Source: the human T2T-CHM13v2.0 reference genome, Homo sapiens
DNA: 64,000 nucleotides
Assembly: GCF_009914755.1 (NCBI RefSeq)
Contig: NC_060947.1
Reading direction: 5' to 3' (one strand)
Part shown: piece after piece, positions 1-13,255 of the stretch
Layout: each line of letters opens with the position of its first letter
How positions within the stretch are numbered: position 1 is the first letter of the stretch
Position numbers and translations under genes: made by a program
The notes under the pieces: generated by a model
What the model saw: only the letters and a program-made list of their open reading frames with translations
The model's database searches: none
Told to the model about the DNA's origin: nothing

Positions 1-2156
1 ACTTTGGGGAGTTATTTTTTGTAGGCTTGGCTGATATGACTGCCAAGAAGGGCAGGATTAATTTTACAATGCTTATAAAGATCTGGGTTATCTTGCAAGG
101 CAAAGAAAGCTTGTACATAGGGAACCTCAGACCATTTGCCCTCCAGTCTGCAGAAAAGATTTAGTTGTTGGATAGTATTGAAATTAACACTTTCCTGAGG
201 AGGCCAGGCCTTCTGTCCCTCCTGAAGTTGGTAAGATGGCCATGCACTTGTACAACAGAATATATGCCATTTTTTTTCTTTTGAGTCCTAGGGTCAAAGG
301 AGTTCCAGTGTTTTAGAATGCACTCAAGAGGAATACAGACTGCAGATGGTTTGTTACCCAACTAGAAAAGAGGCGGGGGAAAGATGTCTCCTTTCTCTTT
401 TCTGAGTGACCCAGAGTGACCCTAGCCCTCCATCTTGCTGGTTTCCTAGACACACTTGGCCCATAGGGCTCCCAAGATACCCTAGGGGCCTGGGAGAGAT
501 TATGTAGTAGTTGGATTTGGGCAAGACTCTTTAACAGAGGGAGTGTTTTAATACTATCTCTGGCTTCCCTTCCTATGGCCCCAGTGAAACATTAGAATTC
601 CAGAGAATGACACCAATTGACTTCCAAATATAAAATCCCATTGTTGTTTAAATGTCAATGTAGTTACATTCAGAGCATGTGCCTTAAAAGAATACAAAGA
701 TTGAATGGCTGTTTTTCCTTTGATGGGGACAGTACCAAGGCTGGAATCTGTCTTACCGGGATGGCTTCCTCCTGGCTATTGAAAGTGGAGTTTTTCTGAC
801 TACAAATAGGGTATGGGGCCTGATCACTGATAGAGGGATGTAAGAGAGAAAAAATTGGGGGAACTAGAAATTTGGGGCAAAGAGCTGACAAGGCTCCCCA
901 AGGAGAAAAATTCCATCCCACTAGATGGCGCTGTAAGGTCTGAAATGTTAGGTAAAAACTGACTCCAAATTCTTTTTAGACAAAAGTTAGAAAGAGAGTT
1001 TTAGGGCTTGATAGGCTGTCTTAAAGTATGCCTCCCAGCAGAAGAAAATTGTGTATTAGTCTGTTTTCATGCTGCTGTTAAAGACATACCTGAGACTGGA
1101 CAATTTACAAAAGGAAGAGGCTGGGACACCTGACAATCATGTTGGAAGGCAAGGAGGAGCAAGTCATGTCTTACATGGATGGCAAAAGGCAAACTTGTGC
1201 AGGGAAACACTCTTTTTAAAACCATCAGATCTCATGAGACTCATTATCATGAGGCCAGCACAGGAAAGACTTCCCCCATGAATCAGTTACCTCCCACCAG
1301 TTCCCTCCCACAACACATGGGAATTCAAGATGAGATTTGAGTAGGGACATAGCCACACCATATCAACTTTTTCATAGAAAAGTATTTTAGTTCTGCTGGG
1401 AAGTGCTGGCTTCTCACATGGGAAAAGGAACAGCTTAAATGAAGGAGGGGATAGTTGCTTGGGGAGAAATAACTCCCTGTTTAACTCCATTGAGTGCTAT
1501 TGTTGGGAGATAAATAGGTTTTCAGATAAATAGGTTTTCTGAATAGATTCAGATCTTGGAATCCCCCATTTTAAGGAAACCACAGAGACAATAATTCGTT
1601 GAATTACATTCCTAAGGCTCCAGCTGACTTTGCCCAGTAAGACTATATCCCCAGGTTGCAAAAACACCCACAACATTGCATACAAAGCAGGGATAGGAAA
1701 CATGATAGTTGCAAAAAACAAAAAAAGAAGGAAAATGTGATAGAAAAAGACTGGAAGTCCTTTTGCCAATTCTCTAATGGGCTGTTGGTGACTGGAGTTA
1801 GTCCAAGGGCCCCCAGGTAACACTGAAGTGTAGCCTCAGCCAGATACCTTCAGTTGCCCCAGGACCTCCTTCCGGCCTCACGTGACAGCTAGGTCCTTTG
1901 TGAAAGGAAACTGGATTGGAACAAAGTCAACATTTTCAACACGTGAGGGCAAAGGGGGATTGAAAAAGTTCTCTCCAGCAAGCCTTTCCCCTGAGTCTTT
2001 AAGTCTGGCAGTCACACTATTCGTTTTTAACTGGCCGAAAGGAACCCACTGTTTTTGTTTGCTCTTGAGAGAAGAAAACTTAAGACAAGAAGCCTTGGAA
2101 ATGAAAGTAAAGAGTTAATGTTCTGCTCTTACTCATCCTTTAGATGAATTCCTTTC
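1..2156 (-). mobile_element. ERV1 (class I) internal region: 5' leader and decayed gag N-terminus, running off the window start
   Basis: Minus ORF 161..361 MGNKPSAVCIPLECILKHWNSFDP resembles the MGN..PLECILKHWDxFDP matrix start of ERV9/HERV-W/HUERS-type Gag; lies downstream (minus sense) of a PBS and LTR. Confidence 0.8.
1052..1365 (-). mobile_element. THE1 (MaLR) solo LTR inserted in the ERV leader
   Basis: tgtattagtctgttttcatgctgct...gagactgg...ccacaccatatca, the reverse complement of the THE1 LTR consensus termini. Confidence 0.85.
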
Positions 2157-2174
2157 TTCCCAGCCAATGCAACA
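2157..2174 (-). promoter_or_regulatory. Retroviral primer-binding site, tRNA-Gly(GCC) type
   Basis: Plus strand ttcccagccaatgcaaca matches the tRNA-Gly-GCC 3' end ttcccggccaatgcacca at 16/18; sits just inside the LTR. Confidence 0.7.
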
Positions 2175-2208
2175 AAATATGTTGTATTTTTGCCAGTGCA
2201 CCAAAATA

Positions 2209-2890
2209 TGTAGCAGTATCTCATTGTCTGAGATAGAACATGGAGTTCTTTGTCTCATGTCCAGGAGAATTAAGGAGCGCAGAAACAAGGGTGAGATTGG
2301 AGCAAAAGTTTAATAAGTGAAAGAAGAAAGCTCTCTGCAGCAGAGAGGGGTGCCCAAATTGGTTGCCCACCATGAGGTTGGGGTCCGGGGTTTTTATGGA
2401 CTGGGAAGGGAAGGACTATGCTTAGTCTGTAGGCTTTCTTACAGAAAGTGTGATTAAGTTTGGCCTGGGACCTTGGTCCAGGACCAATCAGGAGCTGAAG
2501 TGGTGATTCATAGGGGCTACTTAGCTTGGCCTGGACCTATCAGGAGCTGAAGTGAAAGCTTGGCCCTGGGACCATCAGGAGCTGAACTGATGATTCATAG
2601 AGACTGGGCTCACAGTCCAAAGCTTGTCCAGAAAAGGAAACGGAAGTGCCCACAAGAACCCACCATGTACATGCCCACAAAAGGGGAAGAGACTATTTCC
2701 TTGAAGCCTGCTGGTTATACAAAGGACAAAAGCATTTCTATGCTGAGCCTTGTTCCCTTATTAAAGTGGCTGTGGGCATATCTTAGGCACAAAGAACAAA
2801 GGCATTTCTATGGAGGGCCTTGTTCCTTCATCTGAGTGGGCCAGAGGTTTGTGCAAGTTTTCTTATCTGTGCCTGCAGCCTGATTTTTCA
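2209..2890 (-). mobile_element. ERV1 5' LTR with tandem CCAAT-like units (family not assigned; distal boundary approximate)
   Basis: Minus strand ends ...ctgctaca next to the PBS; repeated ttggcc..gacc(a)atcaggagctgaa units at 2460-2590; TATA-like tttttat and poly(A)-signal-like tttaat in reverse orientation. Confidence 0.7.
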
Positions 2891-3398
2891 CTGCCTAACT
2901 TTTCTCTCTTACTGCCACACTACAAGGGAATGGTGCTAAACCTGAAAGAAATCAGGCAATGATTTACTTAGAACAGTGTACACTTTTATCCTTAGAAGCA
3001 ATAGACAACAGCCATAGCAACACAAACAAGTGAACACAGCAAGAATTGTATTTATCTGGTTTAGGGCCGAGTGAAAAGCATGTGGTAAGATTTCTCTGGG
3101 ATTAGGGGCAGAAGTTTAGCCTGGGGAAAGCTTATGAGCACCAAGCTTTTAAATTGAGAACTTTTTGGGACCTGTATGCTATTTTCTCTTCGTGTTTATA
3201 GGTGCCTAGCATGTTTATCTTAATTGTTCCAATGAACCTTTCACCTAAGCCTCTTAAGTCAAGGATCTTTTAGTATGGTTCCACCTACATATAAGAATTT
3301 CAAGAAGTTATTTCCCTATACATCAAATGACAGGAAACTGGGAATTTGCATAAATCTCAGTCAGTAAGAACACTTTGACTCTTAAAATGGGAAATGGA

Positions 3399-3732
<334 letters not shown>

Positions 3733-4312
3733 TTAAAAGAGATGATCATAAAGTAAAAAAAAAAAAAAGACAGATCAGGATATAAATAGCACTAACATGG
3801 AAAGTATATGCCTGCCTCCTTGTAGGTCTGAATAGAAACTAAAACCTTTAACACTCCCATCATCTTTTGGTACAAGATAAATTGAAGCCCTCCTCCTCCC
3901 AGCATGGGTCAACCCTGAAACAGATTGCCTACATATATGTCCGAGCATTACCCAATATATAGTAGTTAAAAGTGTGTGAAATAACTTCATTTTAAATATA
4001 ATTAAAGACATTTTTAATTAAGAAGAATTAAAAATAAACATCTCTTTTTCAAGCTTCACAATTATCTGAGGTACGTTTGTGAGTGGCTATAAATTTTGGA
4101 AATGACCACATTCATTAGTAGAATCCTGGACAAGTGAATTTTTGCAAATGTTGTTTTGGTATATGAACCTTATTGCAACTAAAATGAGTTTGTGAATTGA
4201 CCCAAATTGGAGCTGTTTTAGCATTATCTATAGTAATGTGAGTCATTTTTTGGAAGGAAATTTGAAAATGACTAATACTATAAGTGAACAGTTATTGAGA
4301 ACTCTCTTCTGA

Positions 4313-4629
<317 letters not shown>

Positions 4630-5937
4630 CCCTTCTGAAACTTTGAATGCTATAGACTCATAACATCAACAGTGTTAACATCCACAATGTATTACAGCAT
4701 AAATGATACAGTATTTTGTGATGTAAGTATTGTTCTGCAATTCAAGCACTACAGTCAATTATATAAAAATCATAATTACACAATAATAAAAGTTTAATAT
4801 ATGCATGCAAACAGCTTAATCTTACTATGACTTCCTCATGCTTATTTAAATCTGTTGTGTTTGGCTGTTAAAATATCACACATCTAGATTACAATTCCAA
4901 ATTCAACAATACAGAGATAAACTAAATATTATACTTTTTACCTAGATAAAAACACTGGAAACATGTAAAACCGTTTTCATTTAAATTGTTACACTTTTTG
5001 ATTGAAAACTTTCATCCTTTGCCAGATTTTAACCTGAAATATGTTTCAAGATTGCTTTGTAATTATTTTTAATGTAATGTACTAATACAGAAGTCCTCAA
5101 AGAGGGACAGACTAACACATTATTGAAGTCAGTCAACAAATTTTACCCAAGGTATCTATTTTGAACAGATTATAAAATAGCTGCCCATTTAGAACAACTG
5201 ATAAACACATTCTGATTATGGTATTTATAAAAGGACCTTCATAGGTTGTCTACAGAGCTTAATGTTAATACTACTTCTTATTGAGAACAAAGTTCCTTTA
5301 AATATTTTGCATCTACAGTTGGACTCTAAACACATATTTAGTTCTTTCTTTTGTAAGCAAAACTTATCTAGATGTTAGTGGAACAAAAAACTAGTGAATC
5401 TAATTGAAAGTAAAAACTGGCTCTTTACAATTTCTTAATTTCCATTTTATTTCAAACACATTTTAAAGCTTTAGCTATTACAGGAATAAATTAGTGTTAC
5501 AACCATAGATAAAGTATCTGCCTTAAGGTGTTGCAACTAGGAATCTTCATTTAAAGATGGGGTGAACAACATGAGGTCAACTTTCAGTATATGTACCTCT
5601 ATTTTTTTACACTCTACTACTAGTTTTCCATAGCCTATAATCTAAACTATTCTGTGGAATAATATCTCCCTTTAAATGGGCATATATTCTGATTTGGTGG
5701 CTATTCTAAGAATTACTTTAAGGTTATATGGGTATCTACTAAATAGAATATCTGAATATCTTATCTGAATGTCTACTAAATATAGTAGACATTCAGAAAA
5801 GAAAATATGTATAATTATTGTAGATTCAAGATATCTGGGAAAATTAGGGAACTCTTTGATGTATAGAGAAAACTGCAAAATATCAATGACTTTTTCAAGG
5901 CAAAGTATATTAAAAGTGCATTTGTTTTCAATCTCAT

Positions 5938-6330
5938 TCTTTTTTATTATTATTATACTTTAAGTTCTGGGATACATGTGCAGGACGTGCAGGTTTGTTA
6001 CATAGGTATACACGTGCCATGGTGGTTTGCTGCACCCATCAACCCGTCATCTACATTAGGTACTTCTCCTAATGCTATTCCTCCCCTAGCCCCCCAACCC
6101 CGATAGGTCCCGGTGTGTGATGTTCCCCTCCCTGTGTCCATGTGTTCTCACTGTTCAACTCCCACTTATGAGTGAGAACCTGCGGTGTTTGGCTTTCTGT
6201 TCCTGTGTTAGTTTGCTGAGAATGATGGTTTCCAGCTTCATCCATGTCCCTGCAAAGGACATGAACTCATCCTTTTTTATGGCTGCATAGTATTCCATGG
6301 TGTATATGTGCCACATTTTCTTTATCAGTC
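5938..6330 (-). mobile_element. 5'-truncated L1PA (PA7/8-like) 3' end
   Basis: ttattatactttaagttctgggatacatgtgcag... L1 3'UTR; ORF2 C-terminus MWHIYTMEYYAAIKKDEFMSFAGTWMKLETIILSKL; TSD-like tctcattctt. Confidence 0.92.
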
Positions 6331-7729
6331 TCATTCTTATTGATACAATAAGGACTATTGGAAACACACTTCTACTTTTAATTAGCTTTCTCTATAATTA
6401 GGCAACTAAAGCACTAGGGCTCTCTATTGGTACAGAGATCACTTTTGTCCCATTAAAAACAACTCACTTGCTTTCCTTTTTACTGCTTTTACTATATTTG
6501 GTATCTTTTTGCTTTGGGTTAGCACAATAAACAAGCAAAAAAATTATCTGCAGTGTTGATAGTTGAAAAGAAAAGCAAATTTCACTGTCAAGATGATTTG
6601 ATTAAAAGGATTTCTCTTATTGCTACATAGCTATTTTAATGCTTTATTCCTTTTACAGCTCCCTCTATATTTCCCAACAATTATTAAAAGAATATGATTT
6701 GAGCACCCAACTAGTTAACTGATATCACAACTTTATTTTTGAAGAGCAAAATGACAAAACAGTAGACATCTTACATTTTTCATCATGGAGCCAGACACAA
6801 AGTTAATGACTGGGTGAGGGATCTTTCTGACCTTGCCTGGCTTATTGGTCCACAAGTATCAAAATCAGTATTTTATTTACTGTTGTTCCTTTCAGTATTG
6901 AATGAGTAAAATACCAATGGTAGTTTTCTTTTGGGTTAAAGTAATACTACAGGTTTTACTTTTGACTGAGTGAAAACAATGCAAGACACTTCCGTGAGAT
7001 GATTAACACTTTATTTTATAGTTTTTTTATTGAAGTATACTATTCAGGGTATTCTACGATCTTATTGAACACAGTATGGAAACACCAAATTGATATTATT
7101 TGATAAGCATAATCTTTTCTTCTTGATATAAGAAAATACTATTTTTTTCTGAAATAGGTATCTGTATTTTAAAGGGATAATGGTTGATTATGAGTAAATC
7201 ATTGTTTAATTAAATACTGAACTGTTATTTCTCACAGACATTAATATTCTCTCTTGGAAACAAATGCAATGTGTCAAATAAAATATCTAATACCTCTTTC
7301 CAATAGTCAAATCATGTTTAATACTTCTTTAGACTGGTAAAATATAATACATTCAGACCAAAATCTTGTTGTTTGTTTGTCTATAGGTACGTATATATGG
7401 ATATATAACTTGAAAGTTTCTAAAGTACAGGAATTCATTTTTATATACAATCATTTATTATAGGTAAGGGAACTAATTAGATTTAGGACCACAATACAAG
7501 CTTTAGAAAGACTTTCTACTGGCCTTAATGTCCAGCTCAGAAAACAATATTGCACTGCTGAAATGTTTTCAAAAGTTTATGGCTTAAAAGAGCATTCACT
7601 TTGATTAGAATTTTCTGTATTATTTAATGTAATGTTTTAAATTAAGTGGAAATAGCCAAAATATGAGGGACTAGGAACTGCTATTGAGACTACTTTTCCT
7701 TTACCGTTTCTTCTCAGTTTTCTTCAGTG

Positions 7730-7980
7730 TAGCAGTTCTTAAAGTGTCATTCCCTGACCAGCAGCATTAGCATCATCTTGGAAGTTATTAGAAATGAAGA
7801 TATTCTGGCCCCACATCTGACCTGCTAAATTAGAAACTCTGGAGGTGGGACCCAGAAATCTGTGTGTTTACACACAGATAAAATGATTGCTCTAAAATAG
7901 TGGTTGTCAAATTTTAACATGCATTAGAGTTACTAACCATCTGTGTAATTCTAATGCATGTTAAACTTTGAGAACCACTA
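7730..7980. mobile_element. MER5A (hAT-Charlie) DNA transposon, internally rearranged
   Basis: cagttcttaaagtg..gaccagcagcattagcatc...gaaactctggaggtgggaccc...tttgagaaccacta. Confidence 0.8.
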
Positions 7981-8009
7981 TTTTAGAGCAATCATTTCAT
8001 CATTTCTTC

Positions 8010-8064
8010 TGTGTGTATGTATGCGTCTGTGTGTGTATGTATGTATGTATGTATGTATGTATAT
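8010..8064. repeat. (TG)n/(TATG)n microsatellite
   Basis: Directly visible. Confidence 0.9.
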
Positions 8065-8156
8065 AATTTTCAGGACTGTCGGCCATGGGGCATCATTATA
8101 TTATTTGTATATAATATCTATTAAAGAACTTTATTTTTGCTTTTATTATCTTGCAG

Positions 8157-8279
8157 TTTTTCTGGTTGGTGTATTACTTTATTCAGTGATAATATGAAAA
8201 TTACTATCTTCACTGAAGGATCTACTGAATAATCATTTTAACTCAACTATATTGCATTCTTGAAAGCAATCCTTTCAAT
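8157..8279 (+). other. TENT5D: Probable non-coding 5'UTR exon of TENT5D
   Basis: Polypyrimidine tract and ttgcag acceptor (AG ends 8156); strong gtaagt donor at 8280; unique sequence 3.8 kb upstream of the coding exon. An alternative donor cag|gtaaag lies at 8341. Confidence 0.55.
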
Positions 8280-11200
8280 GTAAGTATGATGTCTTTTCTC
8301 ACTGTCTTTGAAAATATAGTTCTAATATTAATATAGACAGGTAAAGAGTGGCTAACTTCTTATGTTTCCCATCGTCAAAGGGAACATAGAGTTGTAATAG
8401 GGAGAACAATTACATTTTCTTTATTATACAAATATCCATTCATAGTCTTTTGTGATATCTTGACAAATTGCTTGCTTTGCTTTGCATTCCCAGATGAATT
8501 TAACCAGTTGAATAATGGAAACCACTTTGCATTGATTTTGGCATTTACTGTAGTCAGATACATTACAGGCATACTAATAGGTTAGGCTAGATGGGAAAAA
8601 TGTTAGCTTAAAGGATAAGTATATTGGGAGAAGACAGGGAGCCAAACAAGATTTAAATATTCTGCAATGTGAACTACTGCTGATCTCCACATTTTGAAAA
8701 CGATAATTAGAAATTTCATGTTTTGTGCTTCTATTGAGGTTTATGTGGAAAATTATTGAAGAGTTTCTGCCTTGAATTTGGAATTTTAACTTATGAAAAT
8801 GTAGCTTTATAATTCATACTCAATAAACACACTTTCAGTAAATAAAAGTTGGATTGTACCCAAGACAGTATTATAAGCAATATGGGTGGCTTTGTTGCAG
8901 TTTTTCCACCTTTACCATGACATTCATCCAAAGTTTCTATTTAGCCATACTTTTTGCTTCAGAAAATTCAAATTAAGTTTCCCAACAAGTTTTCTGATGT
9001 GCTGTTTTTGATATATGGGTGATTAACTCTACTATATGCGGTTAAGTATGGAGCCATAATCTACACATTAAGATAAGTCCTATTACTTTAATGCCATATT
9101 TGAAATTTGTACTAATAACACTGCATTGATATTGTACATTATGTGAAAATGAACAGTAGCTGTGCCAAAAGGAGCATAACATTATTGTCAAATCTTGATT
9201 ATTCATGTTAATAGAGGTCAGCATTTTTGGAGGCATGTATAGATTCCAGATCAGTACAAATCACTTATATTTACTCCATTGTGACATGTATTTTATTATA
9301 TTTTGTGCTTATATATGTCTATATGTATACATATATATGTTTGAGTATATATGTATCACAAATTTTTATCATAATTAACGCTTTTTCTAGGGCTAATTTT
9401 AAAAATTTGTAATTTTCATTTTCTTATGTAACAGTAGAGGTAGTTAGTGACATGGTAACTCAGAATTTGTCAGTTAGTAATGATATGGAATAAAATAGAC
9501 TTGATTCCAAAAACAAGCTTTCATAGTTATGGCTAGAGAAAGGTTAAAAAAAACCTAACTGGTTATTAAAGCCTTGATTTAGACAATTGAATAATGTGTT
9601 GCTCACGCAAGGACACCGTTTCTCCACATCCTGGCAAGTTGTCATCACTGTTTCTGTAATTATTATGAAATACTAGGCCTAAACTATTTTATGTGTGTGT
9701 GTTTAAAGCTTGTAGGTAATTGAAAAGACTAGAATGTTTGGAAATCACTAGCATAGATAATTAAGTGGCAATTGGAAAGTTGCATACTGATGGACAGTTT
9801 TTCTACACCACTTTCCTGGTATAAAGTGAAGTTAAATTTTGGACCACTTTCTTATCTTTGCAAGATCTTACTGCCATTCTGTTTGGTAAACAAAATCCTA
9901 TCTTCTCCCTTCTCTGATATCTAGGAGCAGATCCAAGATATTAAGTAGGGCTTCCAATTTCTTGGTTTGAAGGATATCTCTTGATCAAGGACTTCTGCAT
10001 TTTGGCAATTTTTTTTTAGTTAAGTCTCTGGATGGTTTTATTTGTATATAAGTGTCCTGTCAACTTTTGTTTGGGAAAGAATTTCGTAATTTCAGTAATG
10101 TCAATATAGCAAGATAAATGTTTTCCTTTATTTTCAGATCATAGATGATTTACATGGAGACTGTAGGCCTAGGATTAGACCATTGAATTTTTTAAAATTT
10201 TTACTGATATTGACAATGGAAATTTGCCATTAAGGAAAGGAAAATATATATTTGCAAAACAAATTTGCACATGAAGAAGGAATTTTAGAACTTTTGCTGT
10301 ATCATAAATTAAAATCTTAACAGTTTATATGTGATATTTAAAAAATATTTATTAGGTAAATTGTTTTTCTTCCTAAAACCTTTACATGAAGCCAGCCAGT
10401 GTTATGAACTATTCCTTTTCTAGATTGAGAATTTGAGCATAACAAACTGTTAGCTTCTAATAATTCAGTGATAATTTCAGAAGGAACTAGAAAATAAGAT
10501 TACCAGTTCTCATTGCATGTTGTATCACTTCATGTAGCATCTTGCTCTTTCCAGTGTCCTAAAGATGCTATATAGATCATTTCATTCGATAGATAAATTA
10601 CCAAATTCTGAAAGCCTGATATGTAATCAGTTTGGTCCATCCATCTTTAAGGATCGATTTGGATATTCACGTAGCTGATCAAACTGTATAAACATTAGTC
10701 ATTAAAGTGGCTTAAAACAAGCATCCTATTTCATGGGTCATTTCATCATATAATAAAAATAAATATTCAGTCTGTAGTTCATATTTCTAGGGATTACATA
10801 CAGAGAAACAGAATAGGTTTAATTTTTCCTTCTCACTAACACAGATATGCTGTTGCTTAATAGGCCTTTTGCAAAATGCATGGACTATCAAAGTAGTCCA
10901 CGTAGATGTCAAATAAGATGATTATGTTTGCTCTAGTTCTACTAGGGAAATACATAATACTAAATTTCAAATATTTATATTCTGTTTTGATAGCTCCTTA
11001 GATAGGCAAAATATGAATACTGTCCACACAAATCTTAGGCTTCATATTGTTTTTTATTTCTGGAAGTCAGGAACAAATGCCTAACCCCAAAACTATGTCC
11101 ATGTTGAATGTTATTTACTTTCCTAGATTTATTTGTTTAGACAACTTATTAGCGTACTTGAAGATCCATGTAATCACTGTGATTGTACATAACAACATAA

Positions 11201-12028
11201 TTGTATCTACTTGCATTTATAGTGTTACAATATATTATAAAATGTTAACTTCCTAACATTCCCTAAACTATAAAATTATCTGAGCATATTATATTGCAAA
11301 TCTGCAGTGAACATTTTTTAAAGCTTAGGAATCTTATGAGTTTATATATTCTTATTCTCATTTCAGGTACAAATTTAGTAGTCTCATCTGTTTTTCATTT
11401 TAAATTGACATTCCTTCAACTAACATTTTTTAAAGGGCTACTGGGCACATAGAAGAGGTGATAAATTAGGTACTTTCCTTATTAAGGAATTAAAGGAGCT
11501 CATACTCTAACAGAAGACTTCAGTAATATTCTTTTAAGTAAGAGCAGTTATATATGAGAAACTGAAAAGTATATGAGAGAGTGATCTGATGCTTTTGGGA
11601 TTAAAGATTATATATATTGTTTGTAAACACTATGCCATTGAGTCCATTGGTTCTAACACAGAGACATGTTATCTGGTCTCACTTTACAATCATGATAATT
11701 AATCTCAATGATACATTATGGTTATCCCATGAACAAAATTTATATCACCAAAGAAATACCATCATTATAGTATTTACATGAAGCAAGATTAAAAAAGGCT
11801 ACCATTTTATATCAACAGTCATTACAACTCCAGAAAATTCCTGAGAAATCTGTTTGCATTCATCAATGTATCTAACATCTTTGACATAATAATTGTGGCT
11901 TTTATTTCACTTTTATATTTAAACATGATTAAATATATTGGTAATTTCCTCCCTAGTATTATCATGGTTTATGTTGAGGGTAAGTCTATTTTTAACTTTT
12001 TCATATGCTTTAGCATTGGTTTTAAGGT

Positions 12029-12067
12029 GCTAACATATTTCTTCCCAATATTTTGTTTGCTGTCTAG
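12029..12067 (+). promoter_or_regulatory. TENT5D: 3' splice site of the TENT5D coding exon
   Basis: Branch-point-like gctaac at 12029-12034, pyrimidine tract, ctag| at 12067; ATG follows 18 nt later in acaATGt context. Confidence 0.75.
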
Positions 12068-12085
12068 TGATCTACTGACTTCACA

Positions 12086-13255
12086 ATGTCTGAAATCAGA
12101 TTCACCAATCTCACTTGGGATCAAGTTATAACACTGGATCAAGTGTTAGATGAAGTAATTCCAATTCATGGAAAGGGGAATTTCCCCACAATGGAGGTAA
12201 AACCAAAAGACATCATTCATGTTGTGAAAGATCAACTCATAGGGCAAGGAATTATTGTTAAAGATGCCAGATTGAATGGTTCCGTAGCAAGTTACATACT
12301 TGCAAGCCACAATGGAATCAGCTATAAGGATCTGGACGTTATTTTTGGTGTTGAGCTTCCAGGTAACGAAGAATTTCAGGTTGTTAAAGATGCAGTTCTA
12401 GACTGTCTACTTGACTTTTTACCAAAAGATGTAAAGAAGGAAAAGCTCTCCCCAGATATCATGAAAGACGCTTACGTACAGAAATTGGTCAAGGTTTGCA
12501 ATGGGCATGATTGTTGGAGTCTTATCTCCCTTTCAAATAACACTGGGAAGAATTTAGAACTAAAATTTGTGAGTTCACTCAGACGGCAGTTTGAATTTAG
12601 TGTAGATTCCTTTCAAATTGTTTTGGATCCCATGTTAGAGTTCTACAGTGACAAAAATGCCAAGCTAACCAAAGAATCCTATCCTGTTGTGGTAGCTGAA
12701 AGCATGTATGGAGACTTCCAGGAAGCAATGACACATTTGCAACACAAGCTCATATGTACCAGGAAACCTGAAGAGATTAGAGGTGGTGGCCTTCTGAAGT
12801 ACTGCAGCTTGCTGGTTCATGGCTTCAAGCCAGCCTGTATGTCAGAAATCAAAAACCTAGAACGTTATATGTGCTCTAGATTCTTTATTGATTTTCCTCA
12901 TATAGAAGAACAGCAAAAGAAAATTGAATCATACCTCCACAACCATTTCATAGGTGAAGGAATGACCAAGTATGACTACCTTATGACCTTGCATGGAGTT
13001 GTGAATGAAAGCACTGTTTGCCTCATGAGTTATGAAAGAAGACAGATTCTCCACCTGATCACCATGATGGCTTTGAAAGTACTTGGAGAACTAAATATTC
13101 TACCCAATACACAAAAGGTAACTTGCTTTTATCAGCCTGCTCCGTACTTTGCAGCTGAGGCAAGGTACCCTATTTATGTAATACCTGAGCCACCCCCCGT
13201 TAGCTTCCAGCCATACCACCCACTGCACTTTCGTGGATCAAATGGTATGAGTTAA
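12086..13255 (+). CDS. TENT5D: Terminal nucleotidyltransferase 5D (FAM46D), non-canonical poly(A) polymerase, 389 aa, single coding exon
   Basis: FAM46 family motifs [16 protein letters not shown](65-66)...YKDLD(82-84), NLELKF (E158), [37 protein letters not shown]; N-terminus [14 protein letters not shown] and 389 aa length match human TENT5D as I recall it. Confidence 0.98.
   Translation: MSEIRFTNLTWDQVITLDQVLDEVIPIHGKGNFPTMEVKPKDIIHVVKDQLIGQGIIVKDARLNGSVASYILASHNGISYKDLDVIFGVELPGNEEFQVVKDAVLDCLLDFLPKDVKKEKLSPDIMKDAYVQKLVKVCNGHDCWSLISLSNNTGKNLELKFVSSLRRQFEFSVDSFQIVLDPMLEFYSDKNAKLTKESYPVVVAESMYGDFQEAMTHLQHKLICTRKPEEIRGGGLLKYCSLLVHGFKPACMSEIKNLERYMCSRFFIDFPHIEEQQKKIESYLHNHFIGEGMTKYDYLMTLHGVVNESTVCLMSYERRQILHLITMMALKVLGELNILPNTQKVTCFYQPAPYFAAEARYPIYVIPEPPPVSFQPYHPLHFRGSNGMS

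Noticed and set aside
2460-2600. Spaced short repeats superficially like a CRISPR array
   Set aside because: Eukaryotic LTR enhancer repeats with irregular spacing, no unique spacers and no cas genes
11895-12131. 78-aa hydrophobic ORF overlapping the TENT5D start
   Set aside because: GTG start in T-rich intronic sequence spanning the splice acceptor; hydrophobicity reflects base composition
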